A DNA stretch of 64,000 nucleotides from the human T2T-CHM13v2.0 reference genome, Homo sapiens, in the NCBI RefSeq assembly GCF_009914755.1, contig NC_060925.1; one strand, written 5' to 3'. Shown here in pieces: positions 13,200-24,510 of this stretch. The notes under the pieces are model-generated. The model had not been told where the DNA came from. It made no database searches and saw only the letters and a list, made by a program, of their open reading frames with translations. Position numbers and translations under genes: made by a program. Numbering within the stretch: position 1 is the stretch's first letter; the number at the start of each line of letters is the position of its first letter.

Positions 13200-13760
13200 C
13201 TGCGATATCTTTAGTATTCCAGTGTGAGTAAGCAACAAACAACCAGTTTGCCATGTGCCCTTTATATCTGAAAGGCCACCTGCCAGCTCATTCCCATTTT
13301 CCCCTCAATGGGTTATCAGATGAATATAAATTAGTACAGTTAGGAGATTTTCAATGGGAGCTGCATTTTCTACTCCATTGTAAAATGGGTCAGATGGCAG
13401 CACTTACTTCGATACTGTCATTCAGATCCAAACTCATGAAGTGCAACTTGCAAACCATTGTCCCTCAAATGATTATTGTAGGCAGTCGAGGTAGCATGAC
13501 AGTGATTGAGTGTCAATTAGTTCAGTCCAAAAGCAACCAATCCAAATTGTTAGGGATTTTTAAAATAAAGCATGTGTTCCCAATTCCCTTTAATACCCAA
13601 TTGGCAGCAAGTCACTGGCAAAATCTGCTGCACAGGGCAAGTTGTTAATGTGTCTTTCTCAAAGGTAACAAACAGATGTGAATAGAGCTCGTCTAAAAGG
13701 AAAGCATGCTGTATACTGTTACATTAGTTAAACTCTTAACAGGACTGGAAAAATATGCAG
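13200..13760. promoter_or_regulatory. Candidate conserved non-coding element / enhancer
   Basis: No recognisable TE, more balanced composition than flanks; CAGATG at 13317, 13391, 13673; CACCTG 13277; SOX-like CATTGT 13376, 13456 and CAATGG 13306, 13352; TGACAG-TGATTG 13497-13508. Function is inferred. Confidence 0.45.
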
Positions 13761-13920
13761 ATAAATAAACAGTTGTGATGGTTATGACAACTGCTGACTT
13801 TAAAATAACATGGAAGAATTAAGATTTATCTCCTGAAATTGCATCAACTGTTAAGAACATTTTTAATTTAAATACTTATAATTATATAAATGTTGCTTTA
13901 AATGTCATAAATCCTTGTGT

Positions 13921-13957
13921 ATTTTCTTGTGTCTGTTGTTTTCTTACTCAGGTAAGA
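13921..13957 (+). other. Juxtaposed 3'/5' splice-site motif (polypyrimidine-CAG|GTAAGA)
   Basis: attttcttgtgtctgttgttttcttactcag|gtaaga; no other AG from 13856 to 13949. Confidence 0.4.
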
Positions 13958-14029
13958 ACATGGACTTAATTTAAATCTACAAAATTATTTTAACATTTAT
14001 TTTAAAAGAATATACAAACTATTCTAAAT

Positions 14030-14410
14030 TAAAAGTTCAGAAAATACCAAGCATTTGGCAAGGATATGAAGAAATAGAAACTCTACTACTATGTTCATGG
14101 GACTATAAAGTAGGACAATGTCTTACTGCTGTTGTGTAAAACTAAACACACTGCAAACAGTGCAACCTGGCAATTCCACTCTCAAAATACCATAAAACAA
14201 TGTGTGCATGTAAACATCAAGACACATGTACAAACTTTTTCATATCAAGATTGTTAATACAAGTTTAAAATTGAAAGAAAAAAATCCCAAAGCTTCACAA
14301 TAATATAATAAATATATTGTTCTGCATTCATTTAATAGATACATTGATATAATAAAGCAATGAAAATATGTTACAATAGCTAATTATACCAACATGGGTA
14401 TATCTTAAAA
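14030..14410 (+). mobile_element. Old L1 (L1ME-like) 3' fragment
   Basis: aataccaagcatttggcaaggatatgaagaaatagaaactc, gcaattccactc. Confidence 0.6.
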
Positions 14411-14489
14411 ATTGACACAAATATATTTAATAATTATATAAACCTAAAATATCCAAAAATATTTCCACCTCCACCTAACATAAGTTACT

Positions 14490-16440
14490 TGGTATCTAGA
14501 GTGGTGTAGGTTAGCCCTCATAGTAAACAATAACAAGGTGAACAAATATATGATTATAGTTTTCAGATATTGGACAACAGCCAGCATAGACTGTTAATCC
14601 AGAGACTAGAGGAACCCAAGAGTTGAGTCCCATAGTCACTCAGCTGTGTGCCTGGATGTCAGAAATTCTATGCCTGACTACGGTGTAGAATTCAATTAGA
14701 ATAGAGGGATTCTGTTGAGACTAGGAGGCAGAGACCAGAGTAAAGGAAAGTTCGAGTTGCTAGAAGAGACAGGGGAGGGCACTAGAGAAGAAAATCCTCA
14801 CAGGGAAGGTGTCAAAAATGTAAATGGGAGTTGAAAAAGTCTCATTGACCAAACGCTAATCAGGTTCTTCAAGGTGCTGTAGGCTGCAACATTGGTGTCT
14901 ATCTCATCTGGCACGCATCAATCAGTTTTAGCAAGAATCTTCCTGAGTCAGTTTAGTGAAAATCTTTCACCCTTGGTATCTGATCACCCTGGGTATTCCA
15001 ACAAATTCCACATCCCCAACCATTCTCCAGACAATATCTAATCACCCTGCACTGCCTTAAGAATCCTGTCAAGTTGGTTTAGCAAGAATATTTCATATCC
15101 TTGATGTTTCCTCTTAGTAACTGTCCATCCCCTGAAAACCACATCATGCTCCTTGGCTACAAATCCTCACATTTCCATGATGGATTTGGAATTGAACCTT
15201 GTTCTATACTAACGTCTCTTTTCCTCTTTTGTAATAGTTTTGAATACAATATTTTTACCGTTCCAATTATTTTCCAATTCTGGTTTTCTTTAACAGAAGT
15301 TTCCTTCAAGTCCCTGGCTATTATCTGGGTTATGCTTACAAAAGTCTTACTAGAAGTGGCTGATAAAGCAGCTTCTGTCTGCTTGAGAAAGAAAGAGTGA
15401 CACTTGAGGTAAGACAGCACTGACGATGTTAGAGGTACAACACAACCACAGTGGAGACTTCATTAATACCTTGTTTGCAACACTCCTTCCATCCAGTTGA
15501 TATACTAGCAATTCCTCAACTTAAAGGTAAGGACCACAACCAGGAGGAAAATCTACCCTAGGCCCACCCTAAGCAAGTCTAAAACCAAACCCAGACAACA
15601 TCCTAAGAAAAAAAGAAAGCATTTCATGGTTGGACCTAGTTAATTTATGAGAACCATGGAAACACCTTAGACATTCCAAAGATCTTCCCTAACAAAACAT
15701 AAAACCATAACGGAACACAAAACTTTGATATATGTGATCAAATGGTGATTGATCTGCCTACAGGAATAAAAATCAATAATCTTTAAAATAAGATAACAGA
15801 ATTGAATCCTTTACAACATATCAACAATAGCCATATGCCAAAAAAAAAAACAAAATTACCAGACATAGAAAACTAATAAAACACAACAGGAAAATATTGC
15901 CCAAAGAAGGAAAAAGGTAGTTAATAGCAAAGAATCTCTAGATTTCTCAGAGGCTGGATTTAATAGCCAAGTACTTTAAAGATGCTATTATAAATATTTT
16001 CAAATAACAAAAAATAAACTAAAGGAAACATTAATGGGCTAATAGTTCAGGTAACCTCAACAGATAAATGGAAATTTTAAAAATTAAAATGAATATTCTA
16101 AAACTGAAATGTAACATATATTTTTAAATGTATTAAATGTATGAACCAGCAGATTGTGGATAACAAAGAAAAAAATCAGTGAATATGAAGGCAGATTACT
16201 AGTAATAATTCTATCTGAAGAAAAGAGAAAAAAGATTATAGAAAATGAACAGAAAGATACAGGGACTTGTGGAGGAATATCAAACAATCTAACATACCTA
16301 TATGGGTCAAAGATGCAAAAAAAAAAGAGATTGGGGATAAGCATATATGAAATGCAAAGTTTTGAAATTTGTTGAAAACTATTGATTAACAAACGGAGAA
16401 AGATGAGAGAACCCCAAATAGAAAAGTCTTTTCCCTGACA
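14490..16440 (+). mobile_element. Old L1M 5' UTR/ORF1 remnant, interrupted by MER31
   Basis: Coiled-coil ORF1-like A-rich text (ORF 16154-16375 KKKISEYEGRLLVIILSEEKRKKI); 5' UTR-like ttttcagatattggacaacag. Confidence 0.6.
14832..15295 (+). mobile_element. MER31 solo LTR (ERV1)
   Basis: tga...ctcattgaccaaac start, repeated tttagcaagaat and atctgatcaccct motifs, ends ttctttaaca; flanks ggagt/gaagt. Confidence 0.8.
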
Positions 16441-17004
16441 CATAGGCTGGAACTCTAAGCTCAGCTGGTCTCTGACTCCAGAAAAACTCTCAAGAAGGTA
16501 ATAAGATCAGGGACACCTATGCATTCTCCTGCTGACCTTTGGCCTCTGTAAATTCTTTAAAAAAGTCTCTTTCCAAGTATTTGTATGTGATTCAGATGAC
16601 ATCCATCTGGCATGAAAGGATAAGACCTAGAAGGGATCTACTTTGTACAATATTCCCAAATATCACACACAGAGTTTTGATTTGTGTAGTACAAAGGGTC
16701 AAGTAAGTGTAAAGAAAAATGTATAGAGTCTACATGAAGGATAATTACTGATGTTGAGCAATAAAGAGAAACACTAGGTTCCTGCCTGGAATTTCTTACA
16801 ATTGAGTTGAAAATGGAAGGCATATATACCTTCAACGTCTGTTGTAGAGGCCTCAAAACATGGTTTGAAGGGAAAAAAAAAGTATGTAGAAAACAATGAG
16901 CAAAAGAGTTAAAGTATCTGAACTATGAATAACTTTATCTCTTGTAAACTTCCTCCTGGGGGATAAACTGGGAAAGCGATAGTAATTTGAGTGAAGTGAA
17001 GCAA

Positions 17005-17657
17005 TCAAAAAAGACTATGGCCTGTAGGCTAAATCCAGCCCACTGCCTATTTTTGTAAATAAAGTTTTATTTCCTCATTAGTTTACATTTGTCTGTGGCA
17101 ACACTCATTAGTTTACATTTGTCTGTGGCTCCCTTCCTGTTCAGGCTCACTTCTAAACCCCCATGTTAGAAGGTGACTCTGTCTCTTCCTCAGGAACTGT
17201 AAAGAGAAAGATATGAATTTTAAGGCCAAACTAGCAAGAGGATTTCCTCAGGGCCTATAAAGAAAAAGATATGATTTATAAGGCCAAGCTAGCAGGAGAA
17301 TCCCATCAAGGAGATGTAATTTAGTTTGGCCTCCACTGGGCTGGTCCTGGTTCTGGTCTGCAGCTTCCATCCAGAGCCCAGACAAAAGTTCTTTACCCTA
17401 TGTTTGCCTAGTTAACAGTATTATGGAATTTGCCTTCTCAAAACAGCCTGCAAAGCTGGGTTAAGTGCCTTCGTTATAGTGATTGGCTTATTGCTACCTG
17501 CTGTAACAAATAAATCCAAAAATTGTATACAAAAATAAAAATAAACAAAAACCTGACTCATCTGTAGTAGAACTGAGTAGTTGGAACAGAGACCGTATGG
17601 ACCACAATACCTACAGTACTTACTATCTGTCTCCTTACAGAAGTTTTCTCAACCCTG
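17005..17657 (+). mobile_element. MER58A split by a ~410-bp insertion
   Basis: 5' half gactatggcctgtaggctaaatccagccc...aataaagttttatt (to ~17143); 3' half tagaactgagtagttggaacagagaccgtatgg...ctcaaccctg (~17562-17657). Confidence 0.8.
17144..17551 (+). other. Orphan poly(A)-tailed insert (probable retroposed RNA fragment)
   Basis: Non-MER58 sequence ending AATAAA (17509-17514), 16 nt, then A-rich tail 17531-17551. Confidence 0.55.
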
Positions 17658-19709
17658 TTACAAGTTCTCAAATACTAAAAAGACATAGAATAAGGAAGAA
17701 GCAGCACAATGATCTCTATAAATTTCTTTCTATGAAGAAAATGAAAATAAAAATTTCTTAGTTAATGGAAAAAAAAACTGGCAATAGAAAACAATAAGAA
17801 ATGACTTAAAAAATAGAAGAGAGAAGAAAAGGCGATGGAGAACCTTGAAATTCAGAAGACATGATACCCGATTTTACAAGACTGCAGAATACATTGTCAC
17901 TTATTCTTTATAAACCCGGTAAAATTTTTTAGTGAAAATGTTTTTCAAGTGGTGGAAAAAACTATTTTACCTATGGTAACATTCATATTGTCAGTTATTC
18001 TCCTCATTTATGATTAAAAACAGAGGAACTTTATATTATTTTTTCGTAATCTTTCTTTTTCATTTACAACATAAAATAAATTACTAGTCTACATGCTCAA
18101 AGGCCTAAATGTAATTACAGTGGGTCACATTAATTCATGCTCTAAATATATTTTGCAGAATTTTACATATTCTAATACTTTGTCATAGTTGCATATGGAT
18201 TTATCTTCATTGCAAAATATAGTCATATCATGTATAAAATCCCATCTATTCTGAAATAGAACATATGTTCTATAAGTTGGTAAAACTGTATTAATCGAGA
18301 AAAACATTAAGGAGAAGTGAAATAAAACAAATTAAGAAAAACTGAAATTTTCTTAAACAACCACAGTATTGCGTAGTCCGACAAATCATTTTTCAGTTAT
18401 TCCATTTTATGCCACATTTATTGTGAAAATGATAAAAAGTAGACTACTTACTTTTACAGGTATTTGGGACACCAAATTCTCGAAGCTTTGAATTTAATAC
18501 TAAAACAAGTTATTTATATACTTTGTGAGTGGAATTTTAAGTGCTTAAACACGTGAATATAGTTCCCACACAGCATTCTTAGTGACAGAAAGAGCTATAA
18601 TAGACAGTCTCTTAGTTTGTTTCCTGCCAATGAACTTTGCCTAAAATACTAATTTTTTTAATACTAGAGTTGAATTTTTTCCTCTAATGCAAAACTGAGA
18701 ACTTCAAACTAAATATCACTTTCCAGCAGCATTTTTCAGTAGGCTAATCCTTCTGCTACATTCACAGTCTTGCTCAAGACTGGCATGGGGTCTATAAGTC
18801 TGTCTTTGATAAGTCCTGAGAACAGAAATCATATCTCAGAGATTCTGCTGAATGTACAATCAGTAAGTGACTTCCACCTCGGTGGCATCTACCCAAATTT
18901 TATACGTGTTTGCTTAGCACTTGCAGACAATGACTGACCAGGGAAAGTGACATGACTGAAAATAAGTATAACATTTTAGTTAAAAGTGTTTGAAATCTGT
19001 ATCTTTACTAATGCGGTTTTCTCAGTCATTGTAACAAGTTTTGGCATCAGCAAATCAAGTTCATATATATTTCTTGAGATCTGAAAAGAAAAAAAAAATC
19101 TTAAATCCTTACATGCTAGTTGGCAACGTGTTGTGCTGGAGGCAAGAGCCAATATGTTTCTAGATTGTATATTTTAAAGCAGCATGTTATGAAGTATTGA
19201 AGATAAGTTCAACATGAACAATGAACACAAGAAGGGCATTAAAAAGCCCAAAGGTGTCTTTCTCTTCTTTTTCCTCTACATACTTTAATGAGCAAAATTT
19301 GGTTATGTTAACCTTTCCTTCTGGAGTGATCATTCACCTTTTAATGATGTTTGTATTTCTCTAAATTCCCTCTGGTGAATGTATGTTTTTCCTCCATATT
19401 GACATGACCTTTAATATGGTTTTACTACTGTGTGCATTCTACAATAACTATGCTGTCTTTTGAATAAAATGTTCTCCCTAACTCTGGAGCATATTTTTTG
19501 GAGCTTATAATGTTCAGTGTGGGCCCATGTGCGCTGTTATTAGGTAGTCAACCTACTCTTCCGTCTCATTCTGGAATGTAAGTAGAAAAATTAAAGCTAA
19601 TGAGTATCTGTTATTTTTTGCAGACATCAGTCAGTGAGTTCCCAATATTACAGTGACAGTTATGTGGAAATCTAAGCTAAGCTCCTCTATTCTCTGTCAC
19701 TGCCCTTTA

Positions 19710-19835
19710 ACACCACCAGCACCAGCACCACCATCCCCTCACCACTAGCACCCTCATCACTTCCACCATCACCTCAAAACCACGACCACTACCATGATCG
19801 TAACCACCATCAGCATCACCATCACCATCACCACA
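19710..19835. repeat. Degenerate (CAC/CAT)n trinucleotide repeat
   Basis: caccaccagcaccagcaccaccatc...catcaccatcaccatcacca. Confidence 0.9.
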
Positions 19836-20788
19836 CTGTCAGCATGTAGACAGCATATAATGTCTCTCAGGATTTGGAAAAAAAACAGTCCTCACATCCA
19901 CAATCAAATAAAGTAGCTTCAGAGCTAATTATCCAACATCCAACGGAACTAAGAAAGGGAAAGTTCTTTGCAATTCTTGTGGAAAAGTATATTTATCATG
20001 AGGCATTCAGAGAAAAGTAATAAAATACATCAAAAGTAAATGAAGCTGGCTAACAAATTATCTTAAAAAGACAATTTTATTTCATTACATCTCAGTCTTT
20101 TCCAAAACATGCAAGTGCAAGCAGGTATTTGATTAAAACTGTTTATACAATTTTTAATTTAAATTATCATTAAATAATTTAGATTAAAATCATTTAAACC
20201 ATTAAAACCATTTAGGACTTAAACACATTCTGAAATTCAATTCAGCTTGGGGTTCATTTATGTTTATATTAATTAATGTTTCATAACATTAATTTAGGGA
20301 TGGAGTTCAATTATCTGACTAAAAGGAAAAAAGATGATTTCAAAGTGAAAATCAATGTTCCACATTTAAAAGAAAGGTGTTTTTTTTAATCACCACAGTT
20401 GACAAATAATCATAAAAAGGAAGAAATTATGTCATCCTACTAGCTCTCTGACATACTATTCTAACTAAAAATTCTGCAGACCTGATAGAATGACATAATA
20501 ATACATATTTACTGCATAGTAAAGAACAATTCTGTTTGTTGATAAAATTCCAGGAGATTTTAATCAGTTGACTCAGAGCTATATGTAAACATATGTAATC
20601 ATGGATCTTTATGAAAATAAAAATTATCTTCCAGTTTAGTAAAATATGAAAAATAAGGATCCTTGGGCAAATAGGGGGTATTTTCTGGCATTTTAGGTAT
20701 AGTTTCAAAATTCCTGAAGATAATTTAAAAATCTCCACGTATCATTGTCATACAGCTTGAATCTAATAAAAACTCTCATGTAGAAATA

Positions 20789-20790
<2 letters not shown>

Positions 20791-20819
<29 letters not shown>
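20791..20819. repeat. (TG)14 microsatellite
   Basis: Seen directly. Confidence 0.98.
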
Positions 20820-21160
20820 CTTAACATGTTACCTAGCAATTTCATACCTAGTATTTACCCAAGAGGAAAAAAAATAAATATCCACACAGACATCTAAACA
20901 AAATGTTTATAAGCTGTTTTATTTACTACTGCCCCAAACTGGAATCAATCCACATGTTCTTTAGCTGGTAAATGTATAAGCAAACTGTAGTACATCCATA
21001 TAATGTGGTATTACTCAGCAATCAAAAGGATCAACCTGTTGATATCATAAATGACATGAATAAGTCTTAAAAACATTATGCTAAGTGAATAAAACATAAA
21101 TAAAAGGCTGCATATTATATAATTCCAATTATATTATGTGTTAAGGCAAATATATAGGGT
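20820..21160 (+). mobile_element. Old L1 (L1MB/MC/ME) 3' fragment
   Basis: cctagcaatttcatacctagtatttacccaaga, aaaaacattatgctaagtgaa. Confidence 0.7.
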
Positions 21161-21174
21161 TGCTTTAAGATCTA

Positions 21175-22010
21175 ATTTTTTAAAATTATTTATATTGTGT
21201 ATATTTAAGTTATGTGACATATGCTATGGGATACATATAGACAGTAAAATTGTTACCATAGTAAAGTAAATTCACATATCCTTCATCTCACATAGTTACC
21301 ATTTTTTTTGTGGCAAGAAAAGGTAAAATCCTATTTGCTTAGCAAAAATATCAAATGCAATGTAATTTTTATTAACTATAGCACTCATACTGTATACTAG
21401 ATCTCTATCCTTGTTTATTCTACATATCTGTCACTTTGTATTATTTGACCTACATTTACCTATGCATTTCTGTCCCATCCCCATAAACACTGTTTCATTC
21501 TCTGTATATTTAGTTTTTTTCTTTCTCTGTTTTTTAATATTTCACATATAAATGAGATCATTGAACATTTTCTTTCTGCGTCTGGTTTATTTCACTTAGC
21601 ATAATGCCCTCCAGGTTCATCCATGTGTGGCAAATGGCAGGATCTTCTTTATTTAAGGCTGAACAATATTTCATTGTGTGTGCATATATGTATATAGATT
21701 TCTGTATCCATTCATCCATCGACAGATACATGGGTTGTTTTCATTGACTATTTTGAATACAACTGCAATGAACTTGGAAATGTAGATATTTTTACAGAGT
21801 GGTGATATCATTTCCTTTGGAAATATACCCAGGAGAGGAACGGCTCTGTTATATGATCATTCTATTTTAATTTTCTTAGAAAACCTCATACTGTTTTTCA
21901 TAATGGCTACACCGAAGTACATTCCCATAGTGTACAAAAAAATTCCCTTTTTTCCACACACTCAGTAATACTTATTATTGCTTGTCTTTTTGATAATAGT
22001 CATCCTGATT
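21175..22010 (-). mobile_element. L1MA (L1MA7-9-like) 3' end
   Basis: atatccttcatctcacatagttacc, tttatttcacttagcataatgccctccaggttcatccatg. Confidence 0.8.
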
Positions 22011-22129
22011 TTGTGATTGTTTTCCATTTTATAAGAAACAAATTTCAACATTTTTAAGTAAACATTGGTAAAAGTCAGTAATGAATGACCTCTATAGAAT
22101 AAGCTATAACACAGAGAACTACATATAAA

Positions 22130-22900
22130 TGATACGAAGTGCTGGGAAGGGAAGAGCGTAGTCCCTTTAAATGATATGGAAGGGGAGAAGGGAAGTGCTG
22201 GGTAGAGGAAGGGTGTGGTCCCTGGCTAGGGCTCCATCCTCATGGACTTAGGTGAGGACAGGTACTCCTGTCTTCATGCCCAATTGTTGCATTTCCCAAC
22301 ACCACCCTGGCCTACCATGACCCCATCCTGTGTCTATAGAAACCCTCGAGAGCCTAGCAGGGAGACACATAGGCAGCTGGACGTTGAGAGGAGCACATCA
22401 GTGGAGGAACACACAGGCAGCTGGACATTGAGAGGAAGGCACAGACAGGCACAGGCACTTCGGCAGGCCACTGACCAGCAGAACGACACAGAGTTTTGCT
22501 GTGGCGATCGGAAGAGCGCTGGGGCCACCATCTCCCTTCCAACTCCCCCATCTACTAAGAGCTACTTCCACTCAACAAAATCTTGCATTCATTCTCCAGG
22601 CCCACGGCAAGAACCACTGGATACAGAAAGCCCTCTGTCCTTGCAATAAGGCAGCAGTCCAATTGAGCTGGTTAACACGAGCTTATTGACGGCAAAGCTA
22701 AAAGAGCACCCTGTAACTCATGGCCACTGGGGATTCAGGAGCTGTAAACATTCATCCTTAGACACTGCTGTGGGGTCGGAGCCCCAAAACCTGCCCATCT
22801 GTGTGCTCCCCTAGAGATGTGAGCAACGAGGCACTGAAGAAGCGAGCCACTCCCCCTGTTGCACACCTTGCAAGGGGACAAGGGAACCTTTCCCATTTCA
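22130..22900 (+). mobile_element. ERV1 solo LTR, LTR1-like (LTR1/LTR28/MER50-52 group)
   Basis: tgatacgaagtgctgggaagggaagagcg... to ...gggaacctttcccatttca, 771 bp, GC-richer than flanks; flanks taaa/aaaa. Confidence 0.78.
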
Positions 22901-23042
22901 AAAACACATAGAACTAATGACTATCCCACAACCAAATCAAGCTGAATGACAAGATGTTATATGTAATAAATAAGAGATTTTTTGCATATGTATATGTAGT
23001 TATTTTCACAAAAAATAAATGTGCCAAATGCCAAAGGATTAT

Positions 23043-23465
23043 TGCTATGGACTGAATTGTTTCCCCTTCAGAATTCATGTTGAAGACATAATCCCACGTG
23101 TGGCTATATTTGAAGATAGGACATTTAGGGGGTACTTAAAATTAAATGAGGTCATAAAGGTAGGGTACTAATCTGATGGAACTGTCAGCCTCATAAGAAG
23201 AGGGGCTGATTCTTTCTCTCTCTTTCTCTCTCCCTCCCTCCCCACAGGCACACACCAGGGACTAAAGAAAGATGATGGTAACAAACTGGAAGAAGGTGGT
23301 GGCTATCTGCAAGCCAGGAAGAGAGGCCGTACCAGAAACCAATTCTGAATTGGCTGGCATCCTGACATCAGATTTACAGCCTCCAGAATGTTAAAAATAA
23401 ATTTCTGTTGCTTAAACTACTCAGTCTATGGTATTTTGTGATATCAGTCCTAGCTGACTCAGACA
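23043..23465 (+). mobile_element. MaLR solo LTR, MLT1A1-like
   Basis: tgctatggactgaattg...aataaatttctgttg...ctgactcagaca; TSD attat/attac. Confidence 0.85.
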
Positions 23466-24129
23466 ATTACCAAATAAGTTTCTAATTATGAAACACTTTT
23501 TCAAAAAACAAGCATAAAACATCAAACATATCTCATTATCAGTGAGTATAAATTGAAATGAGAGGATATATCAATGTGCCATGCTGAGAAGATAAAGATC
23601 ATGTTATCTCTGAATTTTTTATATTCTCCAAAGGTCAAAACTACTGCATCATAAAAATTGTAATGTCACAAAGCTTATAAGTTGTATACTTTTTATTTAA
23701 ATTTTGCACATATATTATTGGAAATCTTAAATTACTGAAACGTGAAATGCTGAAATCAGGTCATGTTATTTATGGTATTGACACTAGCCGAGACTTTTTT
23801 AAAAAAACCTAATCAATTGTCAGTGGTTACAATGATTATAAAATTACTTGTGAAACTAGTTTGTGTATATACCCATAATTGAAAGAGAATTACATTCACC
23901 ACTCTTTATTCACTAAAAAGAGAGATGATATGAATATCTTCTAAATATTCGTATTTTATTTAGTTTTTAGTCCTTCTTTGAAATGTGTTAGTCAAGGGGG
24001 CCTTCCTGAAATGTAGATGTGTATAATATCATAAGACTTTAGTTATAATATTTGTTTCTAGAAAAGTCACTGAAAAATTCTTACTTAATGGTCTTATAGC
24101 TGAAATGTCTAAGGAAATACTTGCTTCAA

Positions 24130-24510
24130 CAGTAATAGTAAGCAGCTACTATTTCCTGAGGACATGTTATGTGCCAGACTTACTGCATAAAATATCCTTT
24201 CATTCTCATAACATTTCTACAAAGCATATCCTACTACTTTCATTTCACCAATAAAATTAATAGCTAACATTTATTAATTATTTACCAGGTGCTAAGCTCT
24301 GTATTTCACATGAATTAACTCCATTAGTGCCTATAGCAATGAGGAGTCCCTCAGAGAGCAGTTGGGAACTGCTGCCAGTTATGAGGAAGTAGATACTATT
24401 TCCACTTTATGGGTAGGGAAGCTGAAACACAGAAATATTAGGTGACTTGTCCAATATCACACAGCCAGTGTGGGTTAAACTGTCTTGTCTCCTTCCATGG
24501 CTGCAGACTT
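24130..24510 (-). mobile_element. Two adjacent MIR remnants
   Basis: atagctaacatttatt, tatgtgccag, gaagctgaaacacagaaatattaggtgacttgtccaatatcacacagc. Confidence 0.65.

Noticed and set aside
13253-13648. 131-aa ATG ORF in unique sequence
   Set aside because: No recognisable domain, promoter or exon context; length is attainable by chance and it overlaps a more plausible non-coding element. PhyloCSF/Ribo-seq would settle it.
17074-17301. Short direct repeats as a CRISPR-like array
   Set aside because: Only two units each, no spacers, eukaryotic context.
19578-19623. GTAAGT...TGCAG as a 46-nt intron
   Set aside because: Below the usual minimum length for a mammalian spliceosomal intron.
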